From contig NJBN01000009.1 in assembly GCA_005223185.1 (NCBI GenBank), forward strand, positions 1,321 through 65,320: a DNA stretch of 64,000 nucleotides, written 5' to 3'. Source of the DNA: a candidate division LCP-89 bacterium B3_LCP. Its GTDB lineage: Bacteria; Electryoneota; B3-LCP. Both the position numbers and the translations under genes were made by a program. The notes beneath the pieces were generated by a model that ran no database searches, was not told the DNA's origin, and saw only the letters and a program-made list of their open reading frames with translations. Of the stretch, positions 57,838 to 64,000 are shown in pieces. Numbering within the stretch: the first letter of the stretch is position 1; each line of letters begins with the position of its first letter.

Positions 57838-60800
57838 ATGAAAACGCAAATATCACGGGATAGTTACAGCAAGAAAGACCGTTATTCAGGCGTGTACCAG
57901 CAACAAGGACGCATGCTCACCGATGCGGACTGGAACGAGTCCATCGAAGTCTTCAAGGGGCTTCTACAGGAAGCCTTGAAAGACGTCATAGGTGATGGTG
58001 CGCCGCGGTCAAATGCACTCACCATTGAACAATCATCTGGTCTTAAAAAGAAAATCTATATCAAACCTGGTGATCTCTATGTGGATGGTCTGCGTGCTGA
58101 ACTTGCTGAACTTTCGGATGGGTCAAATATAGCCCTCAATGGACAAGATGATCTCCCCCTCGATGAACAGTGTTATCTCCCCACCGGTAGCAATTTCACA
58201 AATCCCACAAACTGTATTATCTATGCGGACGTCTGGGATCGTTCGATAACGTCCTTGGAAGACACTGACCTGCGTGATCCAGGCCTTCACGGAGCGGATA
58301 CCTGTACCCGTACTCAGCGCATGTTACAGATCAAATGGTGTCCGGACACTATCGACCCGGAAAATCCTGATGAGATGGTTAGAAAAGGAGATGCAGCGCT
58401 AACCCTCGAGTTGAGGTCCAACGAACCCTCTGCTGATGTCTGCAATCCCTGTTCGCAGTTACTCGAATCCGAGATTGGCGATGTGGGCAACTACCTGTTC
58501 CGTTTGGAAGTGCATGATATAGAGGTTGATGAAACATCTGGCAATCCGACCAAACTTACCCTGAAGTGGTCATCTGAAAACGGTGCTGAAAGCTACGAAG
58601 CCAAGAGTGAATCCGAGATGCCGCCGGGATTTGTTAACAGCTTTTCCGACGACGGCAGTTATGTGTATGAATTCTTCAGCGATACCAGTGAAAAGCACTT
58701 AGGCGTACATAAAGCGACTGAGTATAAGCCGATACGGGGTGCAATTAAAGAGAGCTACGATCCAAAAAGTGAACCATACGTCCGCCGCTGGGATGGCTAT
58801 TGCATTCTCACATATTCCGGGGGGGAGTGGTCGCTGGAAAAAACCAAAGTATTGGGCAAGAATAAGTACAAGGGAACGGATTCGAACAAAAGATTAGAAG
58901 AGAAAGCTACCCTAAAAGATAAACAACTCGGCGACGTCGTTATCAATAACGACATCGTCATACAGCTTGAAGCGTTGCAATTGACATTAACCTTGAAAGA
59001 TAATAACTTTGTCGCTGGAGACTACTGGTTGGCGCCAGTACGCGCTGAAGTTGAATATCTCGACGATTTTCTTTTAATCAATGCAAAGCCGATTGGAATC
59101 GATCATCACTATCTCACTCTCGCAAGCGTGGATAACAATGGAGATGTAACTCAGTACGGTGACATGAATGATAAAAATCACCGCCGTCAAAATTTCCCAC
59201 CTCTGACTGATCTCAATGCTGAGGAAATTGGATATACCACTGATTGTAGTAATGACTTATTCGATTCTACAGACGATAATGTTGCGAAGGCACTAAACAG
59301 ACTTTGTCAAATTGCGGCAGAGCACATAGGCTTTTCCAATCCATGTCCAAAAAAAATAGGAATATTCAAGGGCGAAGAGATTGGTAACGTGGAAGACGCT
59401 TTGAATCTCTTGTGCCACCTGGCGGCTTCACATGTTAAATACACGCCCGGCGGTTGTATAAACAAAGTCGGAGAAGATGAGGAATTATATTATGGCATGG
59501 TAGAAAATACGGTGCAAGAAGCGCTGGATAAAATATGCGAGATTACAGCGAAACACATTACTTATGATCCGAGTTGTGCCTTTCTGAGGGATCAGAAGAA
59601 TCCTAAGATTGAAACAGTTCATGAAGCTCTCGAAGCGCTTTGCAACCGACCTACTGGCGGCAGCGGTGGGTGTAGAGTAACTGTGGGAAAAAAGGAAGAA
59701 GGAGCTGAGTTTGAGACACTAGATGAAGCGTTATCGTCTTGTTTGAGTCCCCAAATTAAAGACGTCTGCATTTGTCTTCTTCCCGGAAATCATAAGCCTC
59801 CATCTCAAGGAATACTTACAGAATTCAAAGGAAATAATTCGGAAGTCTCGAAGGGATTAAACATCAGTATAATAGGCTGCGGTCCAGGGTCTCGAATTGG
59901 CCTTGGGGATCAATCCCTTGAGTTCTCTCAGTTTAATTCTCTAACGTTTAAGGATTTCGAGTTTAATAGTTCAGAGAATGGCGGAGCACAATTATTTTTC
60001 GATAGTTGTACTAATGTGAATCTCTCTTCAATTAATTATGAAGGACATGTTGGCGATAAATCATCGCTGGTGAAGATAGGCGATGCAGAACGTATCCAGC
60101 TATTAGGAAACAAGTTCGAAGCCCGACGCTCCGATAGTCCGGAAAATCCTGCGGAGGTCTTCGAGTTTAATCCGGGGTATTCCGAATTGTTCCGCTTGTC
60201 TTCAAGGAATGAATTTCTCAAGGAGGTTCCTGAAGTAGCGCGAGAAATGAGCAGCCGTTTCTCTAAGGGGGGTGAAGTTACAAAAGCTCGCAATTCCATA
60301 ACCAACAGCAGGAATGCCATAGTAGCAAATCAACAGACAACTCACAAGGAACAAGTAAGTTACGATAGGCTCTTAGGTGTAATATCAGCGGCTGAAACGA
60401 TGGAACCTGAAATGGCAACAGCAGTTTACGCTGACATCTTAGTGCAGATATACGATTTTGCGCGTGAAGCAGCCCTTGAATGCTCACTGTCACTGATGGA
60501 TGCAAATGCTCAGACCATAATAAAGAATAATATCTTCAAAGGAGCTATTAGTCTATATGGTGAGCCGCCTGATAGCAGCGTTACTATAAATCTTGACGAT
60601 GAAATCCTCGGCAGCCAGCTTTTTAACCAGACGCTTAACCTGGCGACCTCAGATGTTGATTTACACTTCTGCAACAATGAAGTTATCAAATTTATCCTCG
60701 GTGCGCGTTATGCTGAGAGCCTTGCTGGAGCTCTAAAAGGAAAAGGTTCTACAATATCGGACTCAATACCGACGCTTTTTAAAACCGGTTATTTTACTGA

Positions 60801-61506
60801 TAACACGATAAAAGAATCGTATAACTACTTTTACTTTGGGCATCTTGACCTGACCTCCAACTCTTTTGAAACTTTAGAAGAAAATGCTGGTTTTGTGTTC
60901 GGTGGTTCCGCAATTTATGTAGGAAACAAGGGTAATAAAGGAGAAGAGGTAAGCAAAATATACAACTGCACCAATGCCTGCAGAAAAGCAGCAAATCTTC
61001 ATCTAAACATACAGGGATGTGAGGATCGTGTCTATGAAAATCCACCGGTAGTGGGAATAGACCTCGGTAGTTTAGGGATAACCGGCAATTACGCCGTTGC
61101 CTGGCAACCCGGGTCTATAACTCCGACAATAATAGACAAATCATCAAGTGTACTTACACCTACGCCTACACCTAGGCTTACGCCGACACCTACACCAACT
61201 CCGACACCTACGCCAACACCGACACCTAGGCCTACGCCAACACCAACGCCAACACCGACACCTAGGCCTACGCCAACTCCTACTCCAACACCTACGCCTA
61301 CGCCAACTCCTACACCTACGCCTACACCAACGCCAACACCGACACCTAGGCCTACGCCAACACCTACGCCTACACCAACACCTACGCCTATACCTGCACC
61401 GTTGACTCAGATTAAACCAACCGGCAAACCAAAGTCAACTGGAAAGTCTAAATCGCCAAAGAAAACCAGAGGGCCAGGAAAAACTAAACCCAAGAAGAAA
61501 CCTTAG
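57838..61506 (+). CDS. Tail fibre-like protein (1222 aa) with C-terminal (Thr-Pro)n linker and poly-Lys tail
   Basis: Position after the P2-I-like gene (the Afp13 slot). Cys-pair-containing repeated modules. About 80 residues of TPTPTPRP repeats (61153-61400), followed by [30 protein letters not shown]. Confidence 0.6.
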   Translation: MKTQISRDSYSKKDRYSGVYQQQGRMLTDADWNESIEVFKGLLQEALKDVIGDGAPRSNALTIEQSSGLKKKIYIKPGDLYVDGLRAELAELSDGSNIALNGQDDLPLDEQCYLPTGSNFTNPTNCIIYADVWDRSITSLEDTDLRDPGLHGADTCTRTQRMLQIKWCPDTIDPENPDEMVRKGDAALTLELRSNEPSADVCNPCSQLLESEIGDVGNYLFRLEVHDIEVDETSGNPTKLTLKWSSENGAESYEAKSESEMPPGFVNSFSDDGSYVYEFFSDTSEKHLGVHKATEYKPIRGAIKESYDPKSEPYVRRWDGYCILTYSGGEWSLEKTKVLGKNKYKGTDSNKRLEEKATLKDKQLGDVVINNDIVIQLEALQLTLTLKDNNFVAGDYWLAPVRAEVEYLDDFLLINAKPIGIDHHYLTLASVDNNGDVTQYGDMNDKNHRRQNFPPLTDLNAEEIGYTTDCSNDLFDSTDDNVAKALNRLCQIAAEHIGFSNPCPKKIGIFKGEEIGNVEDALNLLCHLAASHVKYTPGGCINKVGEDEELYYGMVENTVQEALDKICEITAKHITYDPSCAFLRDQKNPKIETVHEALEALCNRPTGGSGGCRVTVGKKEEGAEFETLDEALSSCLSPQIKDVCICLLPGNHKPPSQGILTEFKGNNSEVSKGLNISIIGCGPGSRIGLGDQSLEFSQFNSLTFKDFEFNSSENGGAQLFFDSCTNVNLSSINYEGHVGDKSSLVKIGDAERIQLLGNKFEARRSDSPENPAEVFEFNPGYSELFRLSSRNEFLKEVPEVAREMSSRFSKGGEVTKARNSITNSRNAIVANQQTTHKEQVSYDRLLGVISAAETMEPEMATAVYADILVQIYDFAREAALECSLSLMDANAQTIIKNNIFKGAISLYGEPPDSSVTINLDDEILGSQLFNQTLNLATSDVDLHFCNNEVIKFILGARYAESLAGALKGKGSTISDSIPTLFKTGYFTDNTIKESYNYFYFGHLDLTSNSFETLEENAGFVFGGSAIYVGNKGNKGEEVSKIYNCTNACRKAANLHLNIQGCEDRVYENPPVVGIDLGSLGITGNYAVAWQPGSITPTIIDKSSSVLTPTPTPRLTPTPTPTPTPTPTPTPRPTPTPTPTPTPRPTPTPTPTPTPTPTPTPTPTPTPTPTPRPTPTPTPTPTPTPIPAPLTQIKPTGKPKSTGKSKSPKKTRGPGKTKPKKKP
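61153..61400 (+). repeat. Imperfect tandem hexanucleotide repeat encoding (Thr-Pro)n
   Basis: ACACCTACGCCTACGCCAACACCGACACCTAGGCCT… units repeated about 40 times. An alternate frame gives the artefactual ORF 61148-61405 (LRLHLGLR…). Confidence 0.9.
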
Positions 61507-61561
61507 TTGCCGTGAATGGTAAGAAGGGAAAGAGGAAGTTGATATTGGACAGGGGGAATAG

Positions 61562-62923
61562 ATGAAAACCTTCGCTACTGTAGAAAAGCGCCAGGCGGAT
61601 AAGCCCCCGGTATTTGTGTATAATCCTTCTCTGAAGACCGAGCAGAAGCAGATAAGCCGCATCCTTCGCCCTCATACTGTCCAACCCAAACTCACCATCG
61701 GCGCACCCAACGACCGGTACGAACGGGAGGCCGACCGCGTCGCTGACCAGATCGTACGCATGCCTGATCACACTCTGCAACGGCAGCCGTTGGAGGAAGA
61801 GGAGGAGCTCCAGACCAAGCCCCTTGTCGATCAAATAACGCCGCTGGTGCAGAGGCAGGTTGAGGAGGAAGAAGAAGAGCTCATCCAGACGGTTCAGAGA
61901 CAATGCGATGAGGAAGAATGCTCTATCCAAACTCAGCAGGAGGTAAATCGCACATCAGAAGTAACTCCCGGTCTTGCTTCACAAATACAAGCCATCCGCA
62001 ATGGTGGCAGACAACTACCTCAGGGATGCCGCAACTATTTCGAACCGCGCTTTGGGCGTGATTTCAGTGATGTAAATATTCACACCGATTCTAAAGCCGC
62101 CGACATAGCTAAATCAGTAAATGCCAAGGCATTTACCATAGGACAAGACGTATTCTTCGGCTCAGGGCAGTTTGCACCCGGAACAGATAGTACAGAGCGC
62201 CTGCTAGCGCACGAGTTAACGCATGTGGTGCAGCAATCGTATGGAAATTCACAGAATTTTAATATACAAACGACAAACGGGGCAACTCCCACTACCTCTC
62301 TTTCAGGAATACGAGCTAATCGGATTGCATTTAACAATACAGGTTCCCCAAATAGTGATAACTGTGCAACTACTCAGCCTGCATCACTGGGAGTAGGGAT
62401 TAATGGTAACGCCCAGAATGCCATGGAAATTATTTACAGAATCAGTGGATCCATTCCACCGGGAACTGAGTTCGATATTACTCGAACTGTAAGAGATAAT
62501 GCCTGGGCAAGGAGTTCAGCAGGAACATGGACAAGTGTTGAACAAACACCGGCGGGAACGAAAGATGACTATCATGATTCTGATGAATGTCTAATACCTA
62601 ATGCGAATCGCATATTTGTTACGGATTCGCCTGGATTTAATGGGCTCAATCCAAGAGGAATGGTACTTGCAGCAGGTAATACTGTTCCAGCATTGGCAAC
62701 AGCATTCGTTTTTAAATTAAACTTTGCTGAATGGGTTATCGCTAGGAATCGTTCCCTGGGCATCGGCTGGACTACTATCTCCTCACCAGTATTTACTTTC
62801 TGGCACTCAATTACGTCGGTGTCTCTTAGTGGAGGTACTTGGAGTCTCGTAAATTTCCCAAACGCAGCAAACGAGATAGAACTAGGCAGTATAAGCACAT
62901 CAGGCGCAAGCCCTACAACCTAG
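61562..62923 (+). CDS. DUF4157-domain protein (zincin-like HExxH) with unique C-terminal domain; candidate eCIS effector
   Basis: The conserved block (…TIGAPNDRYEREADRVADQIV…GGRQLPQGCRNYFEPRFGRDFSDVNIHTDSKAADIAKSVNAKAFTIGQDVFFGSGQFAPGTDSTERLLAHELTHVVQQ) is the DUF4157 signature. It is followed by about 220 aa with no recognisable motif. Confidence 0.75.
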   Translation: MKTFATVEKRQADKPPVFVYNPSLKTEQKQISRILRPHTVQPKLTIGAPNDRYEREADRVADQIVRMPDHTLQRQPLEEEEELQTKPLVDQITPLVQRQVEEEEEELIQTVQRQCDEEECSIQTQQEVNRTSEVTPGLASQIQAIRNGGRQLPQGCRNYFEPRFGRDFSDVNIHTDSKAADIAKSVNAKAFTIGQDVFFGSGQFAPGTDSTERLLAHELTHVVQQSYGNSQNFNIQTTNGATPTTSLSGIRANRIAFNNTGSPNSDNCATTQPASLGVGINGNAQNAMEIIYRISGSIPPGTEFDITRTVRDNAWARSSAGTWTSVEQTPAGTKDDYHDSDECLIPNANRIFVTDSPGFNGLNPRGMVLAAGNTVPALATAFVFKLNFAEWVIARNRSLGIGWTTISSPVFTFWHSITSVSLSGGTWSLVNFPNAANEIELGSISTSGASPTT

Positions 62924-63620
62924 CAACTGATAAATTTCTATGAGACTATTCGCCTCAAAAAACAGATATCCCACTAGAAAATCTTTCCTAGCATTGGGTC
63001 TTACGACTAAAGCCACCTTTTCCAATTCCTCGTCTTCCCACCCCCAACTCCGCCGCATCCTCCGCCCCCATTCCATCCAAACCAAGCTCACCATCGGATC
63101 ACCCAACGACCAGTACGAACGTGAAGCTGACCGCGTCGCTGATCAGATCGTGCGCATGCCTGATCACACTCTGAAGCGGCAGCCATTGGAGGAGGAAGAG
63201 GAAGAACTCCAGACCAAACCCATTGCTGATCAGATAACCCCGATGGTTCAAAGGCAGATAGAGGAGGAGGAAGAAGAAGAGCTCATCCAGCCTGATCGGT
63301 TACCGATAATTCAGAGACAGGAAGAAGAAGAGGAGGAAATAGTCCAGACCCTGCAGAGACAATGCGATGAGGAAGAGTGCCCCATCCAAACTCAGCAGGA
63401 CGCAAATAGATCATCAGAAGTAACTCCCAATCTCGCCTCACAAATACAAGCAATCCGAAGTGGCGGCAGATCCTTACCACAACCCTGCCGCAACTATTTC
63501 GAACCCCGCTTCGGCCGCGATTTCAGCGATGTCCATATTCACACCGATTCTAAAGCCGACGACGTAGCCAAATCAATAAATGCCAAAGCATTTACTTTAG
63601 GACAAGACGTCTTCTTCGGA
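61667..63620 (+). repeat. Tandem duplication of the DUF4157-encoding segment (61667-62235 and 63033-63620)
   Basis: Long stretches of nucleotide identity, for example CGAACGGGAGGCCGACCGCGTCGCTGACCAGATCGTACGCATGCCTGATCACACTCTG against CGAACGTGAAGCTGACCGCGTCGCTGATCAGATCGTGCGCATGCCTGATCACACTCTG. Confidence 0.8.
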
Positions 63621-64000
63621 TCGGGCCAGTTCGCACCCGGAACAGAAGGGACGAAGAAGCTGTTGGCGCATGAACTGACGCATGTGGTGCAGCAGAATTC
63701 GAATATCTTAAATTTTTCAAACATAATAATGCGAAAACAAAATCCAGCAGAAGGAACGGAGTGCAAAGAGTTTAAAGGTAGGTGGATTAAGAAAATAGTC
63801 GTCAATCAGGAGGGAGACCAGAAAGTCCACCTATATTGGAATGATGATAAAAAATCAGATACTGACAAATGTTCCACTGGAAAGGGGCACTGCTGTGTTG
63901 AATCTGATGGAATTGCCTGTTCTGAATCACAGTCTAGAGTTGGGGGAAGCAACTGTACACCAGTTAGTAGAGGTGATGGTGAACCTATTCAGAAATGCTA
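62940..64000 (+). CDS. Second DUF4157-domain protein (3' end beyond window) with different, Cys-rich C-terminal domain; candidate eCIS effector
   Basis: Frame 3 ATG at 62940. Absent from the ORF track because there is no stop codon in the window. The N-terminal 230 aa are about 85% identical to the upstream paralog, including LLAHELTHVVQQ. The C-terminus diverges (…ECKEFKGRWIKKIVVNQEG…CSTGKGHCCVESDGIACSES…). Confidence 0.7.
   Translation, partial: MRLFASKNRYPTRKSFLALGLTTKATFSNSSSSHPQLRRILRPHSIQTKLTIGSPNDQYEREADRVADQIVRMPDHTLKRQPLEEEEEELQTKPIADQITPMVQRQIEEEEEEELIQPDRLPIIQRQEEEEEEIVQTLQRQCDEEECPIQTQQDANRSSEVTPNLASQIQAIRSGGRSLPQPCRNYFEPRFGRDFSDVHIHTDSKADDVAKSINAKAFTLGQDVFFGSGQFAPGTEGTKKLLAHELTHVVQQNSNILNFSNIIMRKQNPAEGTECKEFKGRWIKKIVVNQEGDQKVHLYWNDDKKSDTDKCSTGKGHCCVESDGIACSESQSRVGGSNCTPVSRGDGEPIQKC

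Noticed and set aside
61148-61405. 85-aa plus-strand [18 protein letters not shown]…
   Set aside because: It is an alternate-frame reading of the (ACNCCN)n Thr-Pro repeat inside the tail fibre gene, and is itself just a repeat.
40922-61506. Interpretation as a myovirus prophage or as a type VI secretion system
   Set aside because: No capsid, portal, terminase, integrase or lysis genes occur in more than 20 kb. There are no TssJ/L/M-like membrane-complex genes, and no TssB/C split sheath or ClpV with an N-domain. An Afp16-like cap, a fibre and DUF4157 proteins are present, which favour eCIS. Genes beyond 64 kb cannot be excluded.
62900-63805. Minus-strand ORFs 62900-63106, 63283-63480 and 63539-63805
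   Set aside because: They lie antisense to the second DUF4157 gene (frame 3 from the ATG at 62940), whose translation is about 85% identical to the upstream paralog. The antisense ORFs are low-complexity by-products of GAG/GAA-rich coding sequence.
1-64000. CRISPR arrays, IS elements, integrases
   Set aside because: No direct-repeat/spacer arrays and no transposase or integrase-like ORFs were seen. The only tandem repeats are the coding PT repeat and the TGTAACA heptamers.
40922-64000. PAAR-repeat tip protein
   Set aside because: Looked for PAAR/AARxxP repeats in all small ORFs of the locus and found none. Absence is noted in the findings, not claimed as a feature.

Overview
Everything below is read by eye from the sequence and the six-frame ORF track; no searches were run. 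The window is about 45% GC and TGA is used as an ordinary stop codon (for example at the end of napA).

Layout, left to right:
- 1–4.9 kb: a periplasmic nitrate reductase operon of the NapC-less type, napA (5'-truncated by the window edge), napG, napH, napB, napF, napL, napD, with overlapping start/stop junctions.
- 5.1–7.4 kb: two tandem citrate-synthase-family paralogs.
- 7.5–9.5 kb: a response regulator and PAS histidine kinase.
- 9.5–16.9 kb, all on the minus strand: qmoA-qmoB-qmoC (HdrA-like flavoproteins plus an HdrC/HdrE fusion), followed directly by a triheme cytochrome c, a TAT-exported 4Fe-4S protein and an NrfD-type membrane subunit, a DsrJOP-like module.
- 17.6–38.6 kb: an island of large secreted proteins carrying type IX secretion (T9SS) C-terminal sorting domains. 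Four are pectin-lyase-type beta-helix repeat proteins, one of them broken by a single in-frame TGA, and one is a C25 gingipain-like protease. A tRNA-Gln, a WrbA flavoprotein and a PKD/CapA-like secreted protein are interspersed.
- 38.9–40.2 kb: a sigma-54 enhancer-binding protein with a degenerate receiver domain, followed by an array of TGTAACA/TGTTACA heptamers.
- 40.9–64.0 kb: the main finding, a complete phage-tail-like extracellular contractile injection system (eCIS, Afp/PVC-like). It encodes sheath, tube, a putative tape measure, Afp16-like cap, Afp15-like AAA+ ATPase, LysM/gpX protein, gpD-like hub, gpV-like spike, gp25-like wedge, baseplate-J proteins, a P2 gpI-like protein and a tail fibre. 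The fibre carries a long Thr-Pro repeat and a poly-Lys tail. Two tandem DUF4157 (HExxH) proteins with unrelated C-terminal domains follow and are the candidate payloads.

The T9SS sorting domains and gene content suggest an FCB-group, probably candidate-phylum, anaerobe.
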